From: Minisyncoccota bacterium
GTDB lineage: Bacteria; Patescibacteriota; Microgenomatia; UBA1400; UBA12028
DNA: 64,000 nt
Direction of reading: 5' to 3'
NCBI GenBank assembly: GCA_016211945.1
Contig: JACRHV010000004.1
Span: 263,472 to 327,471 of the forward strand
In this document: in pieces, positions 56,210-64,000 of the stretch
Position numbering within the stretch: position 1 is the stretch's first letter
How the letters are laid out: every line of letters begins with the position of its first letter
Position numbers and translations under genes: made by a program
The notes under the pieces: generated by a model
What the model saw: only the letters and a program-made list of their open reading frames with translations
What the model was told of the DNA's origin: nothing
The model's database searches: none

Positions 56210-56425
56210 ATGAAAATATATTCTGACCATATTCCTCATACTATATTTCAGCCGACGCGAGGAATGACGTTGTATTTTTACGACATAAGTAAACTTTTCT
56301 TCGGTGGATTTTTTCTTACGGGTATTCTTCAGGGGTATTTTTTCTATGCTATGATGGGAATAATCTTATCGATTCTCGTCTTTGTTGTAGCAAAATATTT
56401 GGAGGTTTTATGTGGGAATCCGTGA
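56210..56425 (+). CDS. small membrane protein (71 aa)
   Basis: ORF-track entry. Two hydrophobic helices (LFFGGFFLTGILQGYFFYAMMGIILSILVFVVA). Confidence 0.3.
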   Translation: MKIYSDHIPHTIFQPTRGMTLYFYDISKLFFGGFFLTGILQGYFFYAMMGIILSILVFVVAKYLEVLCGNP

Positions 56426-56544
56426 TAAAAGATTTAACAAGTGTTCCCGTTGTTATGGCATTGGGAATGACGTTTTTCCTCATGGTTTTTGCAAGCATGA
56501 CTACATACGTCGCACACAAGGACCGTGAAAAACTAAAGAAATAA
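56410..56544 (+). CDS. small membrane protein (44 aa)
   Basis: ATG preceded by TTGGAGGTTTT. Translation MWESVIKDLTSVPVVMALGMTFFLMVFASMTTYVAHKDREKLKK. Not in the ORF track. Overlaps the end of the 71-aa ORF by 16 nt. Confidence 0.3.
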   Translation: MWESVIKDLTSVPVVMALGMTFFLMVFASMTTYVAHKDREKLKK

Positions 56545-56574
56545 ACATATCTATTCTGCCCAAGAAGGAGATGT

Positions 56575-57660
56575 ATGCCGCCAACAAAAACAGTAACGCA
56601 AGTAAAACATGACGATTCACCTCAAGTATCGTTGAAGAATCAACGACTCCAGGCTGTTGCTATTGCAATGCAACAGATCGATAAAACGTACGGCAAGGGA
56701 TCAATCATGAAGTTGGGCGAGCGTATGCAAAATCAAGAAGTTATCCCAACAATCTCCACAGGATCTATTGCACTTGACGTTGCGCTCGGCGTTGGAGGTC
56801 TTCCTCGAGGGAGAATTGTTGAGATCTATGGACCGGAGGCCTCGGGAAAAACAACGGTTTGTCTTCATGTTATTGCAGAAGCACAAAAGCATGGTGGCAC
56901 TGTCGCGTTTATCGATGCTGAACATGCGCTCGACCCACAACGTGCGGAAGAAATCGGCGTGAATCTCGATGAACTCCTCATTTCTCAGCCAGACAATGGG
57001 GAACAGGCACTTGAGATCACCGAAACACTTATTCGTTCCGGTGGAGTAGATGTCATTGTTGTGGACTCGGTGGCGGCACTCGTTCCAAAAGCAGAACTTG
57101 AGGGAGATATGGGCGATGCTGTCATGGGCATGCAAGCACGCCTGATGTCCCAAGCACTGCGCAAACTGACCGCCGCCATCAGTAAGTCAAAAACACTGCT
57201 CATCTTCACAAATCAACTCCGCATGAAAATTGGTGTGATGTTTGGCAACCCAGAAACAACAACTGGTGGACAAGCGTTAAAGTTTTACTGCTCTGTTCGC
57301 ATAGATATGAGAAAAATTGGGAATATTCAAGAGGGTGACGTTATTGTGGGAGGGCGGCACAGAGCAAAAATTGTAAAGAATAAAGTAGCTCCTCCATTCC
57401 GCACCGCAGAGTTTGACATCATGAATAAAGGAGGAATATCAAAATCTGGAAGCGTTGTTGATGTTGCCGCAGAGCTTGGGATTCTCGAGAAAGCGGGAAG
57501 TTTCTTCAAATATAAAGGTAATGTGCTCGCTCAGGGTCGTGAAGCACTCAAGCTAGAACTCGAGAAAAACTCAAAACTACTTCTTGAATTAGAAAGCACT
57601 ATTCGTGAAAAAATTAAGCTCGGAAATATGCCTCGAGATGTTAAAGAAAAGATTGATTAA
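56575..57660 (+). CDS. recA: recombinase RecA
   Basis: GPEASGKTT Walker [24 protein letters not shown] loop L2 region, 361 aa. Confidence 0.95.
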   Translation: MPPTKTVTQVKHDDSPQVSLKNQRLQAVAIAMQQIDKTYGKGSIMKLGERMQNQEVIPTISTGSIALDVALGVGGLPRGRIVEIYGPEASGKTTVCLHVIAEAQKHGGTVAFIDAEHALDPQRAEEIGVNLDELLISQPDNGEQALEITETLIRSGGVDVIVVDSVAALVPKAELEGDMGDAVMGMQARLMSQALRKLTAAISKSKTLLIFTNQLRMKIGVMFGNPETTTGGQALKFYCSVRIDMRKIGNIQEGDVIVGGRHRAKIVKNKVAPPFRTAEFDIMNKGGISKSGSVVDVAAELGILEKAGSFFKYKGNVLAQGREALKLELEKNSKLLLELESTIREKIKLGNMPRDVKEKID

Positions 57661-57677
57661 TAAATCTTTTATATAGA

Positions 57678-57706
57678 TTGACGATGGCCCCTGCGTACAG
57701 TACAAT
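57678..57706 (+). promoter_or_regulatory. sigma-70-like promoter upstream of rny
   Basis: TTGACG-17 nt-TACAAT about 160 nt upstream of the rny start. Confidence 0.45.
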
Positions 57707-57867
57707 GCAGGAGCTTTGAACATAAAGGAATTTGGGTATTATTCGCTTATGATGACGCAAGTAATAGCTTCACCAGCACATAATAAATAAGCGTCCTCGC
57801 CGTATAGTCGGCGTTTTTCCGCATTGTTCCAAGCGCCAAGGAAACGAATATAAAGAAGAGGAGTACT

Positions 57868-59457
57868 ATGTCATTTTTTGGAACAATTTCCGGTTTATTT
57901 GCGCAAAAACAACAAACGGGAGGACAAAAGCAGCAGGTGCAAAAACAACCTGTAAGAAAAATTCCTCAGCCGCAACCACTAAAACCAGTACAGCAAAAAC
58001 CACCGCAACAGCCACAACGTCCTCAACCAATCAAACCGATGGTTATGGATGACACACAAATTCGTGAAGCTCAAGCACGTGCACGTGAGATTATTGTTGA
58101 AGCAAAAGACGAGGCACTCGCAATTCGTGAAAAGGCTGAACGTGATGCACGAGTAATTAGACAGGAAATCAGTGATAAAGAACGGTCGCTCGATCAAAAA
58201 ATAGCAACGCTTGATGCACGATTGAAGGTGCTTGATGAACGCGACGAAGAAACTCAAAAGAGAAAAGCGCAGGTCGATAAGACACAGCTAGAGCTTGAAG
58301 ATCTTCGTCAACAACTACTCAAGAAACTCGAACATGTCGCAGGACTCACTCAGGTACAAGCAAAACAACAAGTCCTTGAGGGAGTTGAGCGAAATCTATC
58401 AAAAGATGTTGCTCAACTCATCCAGGCCGCAGAAAGCAAGGCAAAAGAAGAGGCGGACGACAAAGCCCGTGAAATTATTATTGACGCGATGAAACATGGA
58501 GCAACGGATTACGTTGCCGAGTACACCGTTTCTGTGGTCAAAATTCCAGACGACGAGGTAAAAGGAAAGATCATTGGAAAAGATGGTCGAAACATTCGGT
58601 CGTTTGAACTTGAAACTGGTGTTGATGTTGATCTCGACGATCAACCGGGTCAAGTACGTATCTCATCATTCGATCCAATTCGACGTGAGATTGCACGCAT
58701 TTCGCTTGAAAGACTCGTTAAAGACGGACGTATCCAGCCTACGCGCATTGAAGAAACTGTAAAGAAAGTCGCTTCCGAGATTGAAAAGATTACGTACGAG
58801 GAAGGGAAGAAACTCTGTCATGCGGTTGGCGTATACAATCTGCCCGCAGACCTCATGCAGATTCTCGGCCGCTTTAAGTATCGATTCTCCTACGGGCAAA
58901 ATCTGATTGCACATACGTTAGAAGAAACCAAGATTGGTATTGCGCTGGCACAGGAAGTTGGAGCCAATGTTGAGGTAGTAAAACTTGGATGTCTCCTCCA
59001 TGACATTGGAAAAGTTGTCACGGAAGAAGAGGGAAGTCATGTTGAGGTTGGCGTAAATCTTCTGAAGAAATATCGTATTCCACAGGTTGTTATTGATTGT
59101 GTGGAACAACATCATGAGGACGTCCCCTTTACCTCGAATGAGGCGGTCCTTGTTTATGTTGCGGACGCAATTTCCGGTGCAAGACCAGGAGCGCGATATG
59201 AAAATTATGAGGAATATGTGAAACGTCTTACAAACTTGGAGACTATCGCGAAAAGTTATGATGCGGTAAAAGAGGCCTATGCTATTCAAGCAGGAAGGGA
59301 AGTTCGCGTTATCTTGAATCCACAACATTCAACAGATGATGACACGATCGTACTCTCCCATAAAATTAAGGAGCGCGTTCAAAAGGAAATGACGTACCCG
59401 GGAACTGTAACCGTTACTGTCATTCGAGAAACACGTGGAATCGACATCGCAAAATAA
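57868..59457 (+). CDS. rny: ribonuclease Y
   Basis: KH domain (KGKIIGKDGRNIRSFE) and HD domain (LLHDIGK..., HHED). N-terminal hydrophobic start followed by a Q/P-rich low-complexity stretch and coiled coil. Confidence 0.85.
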   Translation: MSFFGTISGLFAQKQQTGGQKQQVQKQPVRKIPQPQPLKPVQQKPPQQPQRPQPIKPMVMDDTQIREAQARAREIIVEAKDEALAIREKAERDARVIRQEISDKERSLDQKIATLDARLKVLDERDEETQKRKAQVDKTQLELEDLRQQLLKKLEHVAGLTQVQAKQQVLEGVERNLSKDVAQLIQAAESKAKEEADDKAREIIIDAMKHGATDYVAEYTVSVVKIPDDEVKGKIIGKDGRNIRSFELETGVDVDLDDQPGQVRISSFDPIRREIARISLERLVKDGRIQPTRIEETVKKVASEIEKITYEEGKKLCHAVGVYNLPADLMQILGRFKYRFSYGQNLIAHTLEETKIGIALAQEVGANVEVVKLGCLLHDIGKVVTEEEGSHVEVGVNLLKKYRIPQVVIDCVEQHHEDVPFTSNEAVLVYVADAISGARPGARYENYEEYVKRLTNLETIAKSYDAVKEAYAIQAGREVRVILNPQHSTDDDTIVLSHKIKERVQKEMTYPGTVTVTVIRETRGIDIAK

Positions 59458-59526
59458 ATCAAGATAAACAAAGAGCTTGATTTATGCGACAAAAATCGCT
59501 AAGCTGAATAGAGAAGGAGTAATACT

Positions 59527-59802
59527 ATGACAAAATCTGATCTTGTCGATATCGTTGCAAAGAAAGCACATCTCACAAAGAAAGCTGCCACAGATTCTGT
59601 GGAAAGTTTCCTTGAAGAAGTTATGCGTGCATTAAAAAAAGGTGAAAAGGTTGTACTTTCAGGATTTGGCACATTTTACCTTGGCAAAGTAAAGGACAAA
59701 CAAGTTGTCCCATTTGGAAAAGAAGACAAGCGACAAACTATTAAAGGTCATCGCGTTGTAAATTTCCGTGTTGGAAAACCACTGAAAAAGAATGTGTGGT
59801 GA
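59527..59802 (+). CDS. hup: DNA-binding protein HU
   Basis: MTKSDLVDIVAKKAHLTKKAATDSVESFLEEV..., GFGTF, RNPKT-like arm region. 91 aa. GAAGGAG SD. Confidence 0.9.
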   Translation: MTKSDLVDIVAKKAHLTKKAATDSVESFLEEVMRALKKGEKVVLSGFGTFYLGKVKDKQVVPFGKEDKRQTIKGHRVVNFRVGKPLKKNVW

Positions 59803-59827
59803 TCTCACGATCATTGTGAAATATGTG

Positions 59828-59854
59828 AAAACCCTGGGAAACCAGGGTTTTTTG
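59828..59854 (+). terminator. intrinsic terminator after hup
   Basis: AAACCCTGGGAAACCAGGGTTTTTTG has a 6-bp GC stem, GAAA loop and T6 run. Confidence 0.6.
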
Positions 59855-59869
59855 TGATTAAATGACCTC

Positions 59870-60673
59870 ATGAAAAAGTGGATTGCGTTGTTTCGAATAA
59901 CGCTTGTTCAGTCACTTGAATACCGAGCAGAAACATTTTTGTGGATTCTTTTGGATATTTTCCCAACCGTTATCCTCACAATATTATGGACAACTTTATT
60001 CAAAAACACTTCGGTTATTGGAGGACATTCGCTTTCACAATTATTGGTGTATTACATGTCTATTCTTGTCATCATTAATATAGCTGAGGTTCATTTTGAG
60101 GAACGATGGGTTGAGTCAATACGACGTGGAAAAATAGATTTTAATTTTCTTAAACCTCTTTCACTTCCCACACAAATTTTTGTAGAAACACTTGCAAAAA
60201 AAGTAATATCTTTCCTTCTTTTTCTTTTCCCTTTTTCGCTTTTTCTACTCGTTCTTCATTCTGTAGGAGTTATCACTACTCTTGAATTTTCTGGAGAAAA
60301 AACACTTCTCTTTTTTGTTTTTCTCATCTTAGCTTTTTTCTTTAACACTCTTTTAAGTTTTTTTGTTGTACTTGCAGCATTTTGGATGGATGAGGCTGGA
60401 AGTATTGGTCATTTCAAATGGATGATGACAGGAATTTTTGGCGGAACTATGGCTCCGTTACAGTTTTATCCAGAATCTATCCAACGTATAGCGGCGGTGC
60501 TTCCATTTCGTCGAGCCCTATCAACCCCCGCCTCACTCTTTTCTACTCCAACAGTTACACCATATTTTGTCCACGAAGTAGTTATTTTCTTCTTGTATGT
60601 GTGTGCTCTTTTTGTGATTGCGCGATGGGTATGGAAAAAGGCGGTATACACCTATACATCGACAGGCGGCTAA
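59870..60673 (+). CDS. ABC-2 family transporter permease
   Basis: 267 aa, 6 TM helices. The stop overlaps the next ATG (TAATG). Confidence 0.55.
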   Translation: MKKWIALFRITLVQSLEYRAETFLWILLDIFPTVILTILWTTLFKNTSVIGGHSLSQLLVYYMSILVIINIAEVHFEERWVESIRRGKIDFNFLKPLSLPTQIFVETLAKKVISFLLFLFPFSLFLLVLHSVGVITTLEFSGEKTLLFFVFLILAFFFNTLLSFFVVLAAFWMDEAGSIGHFKWMMTGIFGGTMAPLQFYPESIQRIAAVLPFRRALSTPASLFSTPTVTPYFVHEVVIFFLYVCALFVIARWVWKKAVYTYTSTGG

Positions 60674-61452
60674 TGAAAAAATATATTCAAGTACTCTCAC
60701 AATTTTTCCGATTTTCACTGCAACAATTGCTTGAATACCGCGCAGACCTTTTCCTGTGGGGACTCGTGTCTACAGGTTGGACACTTTTTTCTCTTCTCTT
60801 CTACGAAATTTTATTTTTGCAAACAACGAATGTTGCGGGCTGGTCAAAGGAACATATGTATGTTTTCCTTGGAATTTTTATGATTATCGATACCGCAACA
60901 TGGTCATTTTTTTGGAGAAACATGCAGATGTACGCTCGATCAATTTTTGATGGATCACTCGATTTTCTTCTCTTGCAACCCATAGATGTGCAGTTTCGCC
61001 TCTCATTTCGTCACCTTAGCTTCACGAATATGCCAAGACTTTTTATTGGCATGTTTCTTGTGATGACACATCTACGCCCATTTCCAGATTTGTTACATGC
61101 ACTTCTTTTCATTTGCTTACTGACATTCAGCATTTTTCTGATCTATCTCCTCTTCTTTTTTGTGACAACATGCACGTTTTGGGTAGACAAACTCGACAAT
61201 ATCGTAGAGATTGTTCCCGCACTTCGACGCATTTGGTCTATTCCATCTGATATTTATTCAGGTCCTATTTCTGCGTTGCTCACCATAGTCATTCCTCTGG
61301 GACTTATCACAACAGTTCCCACACGCCTCCTTTTGAACACTGATCGCTGGGACCAAACAATAGTACTAATGATTTTTTGTATCATCTTCTTTCTTTTGAC
61401 TCGAGCATTTTTTCATTTTTCTATAAAAAAATATTCTAGTGTTGGATCATAG
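60673..61452 (+). CDS. ABC-2 family transporter permease
   Basis: In-frame ATG within track ORF 60418..61452 (MKKYIQVLSQFF...). 6 TM helices. Confidence 0.55.
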   Translation: MKKYIQVLSQFFRFSLQQLLEYRADLFLWGLVSTGWTLFSLLFYEILFLQTTNVAGWSKEHMYVFLGIFMIIDTATWSFFWRNMQMYARSIFDGSLDFLLLQPIDVQFRLSFRHLSFTNMPRLFIGMFLVMTHLRPFPDLLHALLFICLLTFSIFLIYLLFFFVTTCTFWVDKLDNIVEIVPALRRIWSIPSDIYSGPISALLTIVIPLGLITTVPTRLLLNTDRWDQTIVLMIFCIIFFLLTRAFFHFSIKKYSSVGS

Positions 61453-61480
61453 CGTAGAATACAATAATGCGGGGAGTGCA

Positions 61481-62461
61481 ATGAGCGACATCATACAGAT
61501 CAACAATCTCACGAAGTATTATAAGGTTTATAAAAAAGAACCTGGAGTTTTAGGTTCTTTACGGGCGTTATTTTCCCGGTCATATGAAACTGTGCGCGCC
61601 GTGGAGGACATAAGTTTTTCTATACAACAAGGAGAACTTATCGGATTTATTGGTCCGAATGGTGCAGGAAAAACAACAACTCTGAAAGTCTTATCCGGCC
61701 TTCTCTATCCAACTTCCGGAAAAGTGTCAGTGTTGGGATTTAATCCTTGGGATAGAAAAGAGGCATTTCAGAAACAATTTTCGCTTGTTATGGGACAGAA
61801 AAACCAACTCTGGTGGGACCTTCCCGCTATGGAAAGTTTCTTGTTAAATAAAGCAATCTATGAAATTCCAGATGCACAGTTTCACAAAACGTTGGACACG
61901 CTCGTTGAGCTGCTTGACATAAAAGACGTGTTAAAGATCCAAGTGCGAAAACTTTCTCTTGGTCAGCGCATGAAATGTGAACTTATCGCGGCATTGCTTC
62001 ACAGTCCAAAAGTCCTCTTCTTGGATGAGCCAACGATTGGTCTGGATGTTGTGATGCAGAAAGTCATGCGCGATTTTATCCGAGATTACAATAAAGAATT
62101 TGGCGCAACGATTATCTTGACAAGTCACTACATGGAAGATGTAAAGGAACTGTGCAAACGAGTGATTATTATCGATCATGGGAAAAAATTATTCGACGGT
62201 GAACTCAAAAGTATTATTGATGCGTATGCTGTTAATAAAATTCTTTCTGTCGTTCTTTTCGAAGAAGTGAGTAGAGAAAAGTTGGAGAAGATTGGAAAGA
62301 TTCGATCATATAATCATCCACAAATAACGCTTCTCGTCCCCCGGAAAGAAGCCACAAAACGTGCAGCTACTTTACTTCAAAATTTTCCTGTTGCAGACAT
62401 TACTATCGAGGAACCCCCTATCGAGGCGATTATTCGAGATGTATTTCAGCATGGGAAGTAA
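61481..62461 (+). CDS. ABC transporter ATP-binding protein
   Basis: Walker A GPNGAGKTTTLK, signature LSLGQRMKC, Walker B VLFLDEPTIGLD. Start at the ATG preceded by GGGGAG. Confidence 0.8.
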   Translation: MSDIIQINNLTKYYKVYKKEPGVLGSLRALFSRSYETVRAVEDISFSIQQGELIGFIGPNGAGKTTTLKVLSGLLYPTSGKVSVLGFNPWDRKEAFQKQFSLVMGQKNQLWWDLPAMESFLLNKAIYEIPDAQFHKTLDTLVELLDIKDVLKIQVRKLSLGQRMKCELIAALLHSPKVLFLDEPTIGLDVVMQKVMRDFIRDYNKEFGATIILTSHYMEDVKELCKRVIIIDHGKKLFDGELKSIIDAYAVNKILSVVLFEEVSREKLEKIGKIRSYNHPQITLLVPRKEATKRAATLLQNFPVADITIEEPPIEAIIRDVFQHGK

Positions 62462-63257
62462 CCTAAAAAAATATTGGACTGTTCTTCGTATAAGTTGGAT
62501 GAACGGTTTTGCGTACCCGATAAGCTTCTGGATGTGGCGACTACGACAGATGATAAGTATCGTGATTGCCATCTCCATGTGGGAGGCTATCTTTTCTTCA
62601 ACAGAGCGTATTGCAAGTTACGACAAAGCACAGATGTTGTCATATATTTTTGTGTCTAGTATTGTCAGTTTTATTGTTCTGTCTTCAAGGACAATTGAGG
62701 TGCAAAACGTGATTCATTCTGGTGATTTATCGCTTTACCTTATGAAGCCATTGAACTTTTTCTTTTATTGGTTTACTCGAGATATTGCGGACAAATTTCA
62801 AAATATTGTGTTTGCAATAGGAGAACTTGCTTTTCTTTTTGTTGTTTTTCAACCAAACCTCATCATTCCACAACATTGGATGACTGTTCTTTTTTCTCTT
62901 ACTGCGGTATTTGGAGGATTGTTGCTCTATTTCTTCATTAATCTCATTTTTAGTTTTTTTGTGTTCTGGATTCCAGATGCTTGGGCCCCGCGATTTTTGT
63001 TTTTTATCATTGTGTTTTTTACCGCCGGCAGTAGTTTCCCTTTAGACATTTTTCCAAAACCACTTACTGACTTTTTTATGCAAACACCGTTCCCGTTTTT
63101 ACTATATTTCCAGACAAAATTGTGGTTAGGTCAACTGAATCTTGTTGAAATGTGGTCCGGATTTTTCATGCTTAGCTTCTGGATTTGCATGACTGCGGGA
63201 ATCGCGTATGCGTTATGGAAAAAGGGAGTCTATGGGTATGGTTCTGAGGGGAGATAA
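62451..63257 (+). CDS. ABC-2 family transporter permease
   Basis: In-frame ATG (MGSNLKKYW...) overlapping the ATPase stop. 6 TM helices. Confidence 0.5.
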   Translation: MGSNLKKYWTVLRISWMNGFAYPISFWMWRLRQMISIVIAISMWEAIFSSTERIASYDKAQMLSYIFVSSIVSFIVLSSRTIEVQNVIHSGDLSLYLMKPLNFFFYWFTRDIADKFQNIVFAIGELAFLFVVFQPNLIIPQHWMTVLFSLTAVFGGLLLYFFINLIFSFFVFWIPDAWAPRFLFFIIVFFTAGSSFPLDIFPKPLTDFFMQTPFPFLLYFQTKLWLGQLNLVEMWSGFFMLSFWICMTAGIAYALWKKGVYGYGSEGR

Positions 63258-63260
63258 TTT

Positions 63261-64000
63261 GATCACGAGATATATAAAATTTTGGTTTCTTTTCGCAAAA
63301 TACGAAGTGCTGAAGCAATTTTCTTCGATGTTCTCTGTTGTGTTTTTTTTCTTTGGAAAGAGTGTTCGTTTTTTCTCATTCCTTCTTCTTCTCATTGTCC
63401 TACAACAACACACAAAAGCTATGGCTGGATTTACACTTGAACAAGTGATCATCTTTTTCTTTACATTCAATTACATCGACCTCATTTCACAAATATTCCT
63501 ACGGGGAGTCTACATGTTAAGTGGTAAGGTGCGAAGCGGTGAGTTTGACTTTTATCTGACGCAACCAATGAATCTTCTTTTTCGCACAATGGCGGGAAAT
63601 CCTGATTTTAACGACCTGCTTCTATTTATTCCGCTTGTTCTTTTTTCATTGTGGTACACCTTCACCTTTATCCCAACGATAACGCTGTGGAGTTTTATTC
63701 TCTATCTGATTTTTCTCATACATGGACTTCTCATTTCGTTGAGCTTCCATATCTTTGTTGTCTGTCTTGGTATTGTCACAACGGAGATCGACAACACCAT
63801 TATGGTGTACCGTGATATTTCGCAAATGGGAAGATTCCCACTTGAAATATATCGAGAGCCACTCCGAGGTTTCATGACGTTTGTACTACCCGTTGGGATC
63901 ATGATAAGCGTTCCGTCAAAAGCGTTGATGGGTTTGGCTTCACCAATGTTGCTTCTTTTCTCACTCTTTATTACTTGGTTATTTTTCTTTTTTGCGTTGC
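63261..64000 (+). CDS. ABC-2 family transporter permease (TTG start; 3' end beyond the window)
   Basis: Open frame from the TTG at 63261 (GAGGGGAG 5 nt upstream) to the window end. Translation LITRYIKFWFLFAKYEVLKQ...GKVRSGEFDFYLTQPMNLLF... Multi-TM. Absent from the ORF track because there is no ATG start. Confidence 0.45.

Noticed and set aside
63213-63470. 85-aa minus-strand ORF
   Set aside because: It is antisense to a long open + strand frame (TTG start, good SD) that encodes a clear multi-TM ABC-2 permease.
1-64000. CRISPR arrays, transposases, integrases, prophage genes
   Set aside because: No direct-repeat/spacer periodicity and no recombinase- or transposase-like ORFs were seen. The only repeat is the two-copy 36-nt element, which is reported as a finding.

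Overview
This 64 kb window is densely packed with housekeeping genes and reads like a reduced-genome Terrabacteria lineage, possibly Patescibacteria/CPR (candidate phyla radiation). GC content is roughly mid-40s per cent, many genes have strong AGGAGG ribosome-binding sites, and several genes are translationally coupled by ATGA/TAATG overlaps.

- **Recognisable proteins:**
  - aminoacyl-tRNA synthetases and tRNA maturation: aspS, metG, cca
  - protein secretion: secD, secF
  - DNA recombination and repair: recJ, recA, rmuC, nth, rdgB, a PcrA/UvrD helicase and a 1038-aa UvrD-helicase/RecB-nuclease fusion
  - lower glycolysis and central metabolism: gap, pgk, tpiA, ldh, glmS
  - RNA decay and nucleoid: rny (RNase Y), hup (HU)
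  - an ABC-2 type transporter cluster
  - envelope glycosylation enzymes: WecA-type sugar-phosphate transferase, UbiA/DPPR-synthase-like prenyl-phosphate phosphoribosyltransferase, three GT-C/PMT-like membrane glycosyltransferases, GT2, GT28, a sugar nucleotidyltransferase
- **RNA genes:** three tRNA genes, assigned by hand folding as Glu-CUC, Cys-GCA and Pro-GGG.
- **cis-regulatory RNAs:** a probable T-box leader upstream of aspS (GGTGGCACCG core with a terminator/antiterminator pair) and a probable glmS ribozyme upstream of glmS (ACGAGGA core, ACAGUCGUAAG, and a covarying pseudoknot).
- **Most novel-looking loci:**
  - a conserved ~36-nt element present twice, each time between a divergent tRNA gene and a secreted or small-membrane-protein ORF
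  - a run of four small ORFs with strong SD sequences (2120-3053)
  - an ATP-cone/Mrr-like nuclease gene with a downstream neighbourhood of unrelated small genes
  - a receiver-only response regulator inserted into the gap-pgk operon
  - a lipid-linked glycan cluster built around a DPPR-synthase-like UbiA enzyme
  - an AT-rich 442-aa ORF abutting tRNA-Cys
  - two unknown genes upstream of the helicase-nuclease
- **Not found:** no CRISPR array, transposase or integrase was seen.

Everything was done by eye from the sequence; no searches were run.
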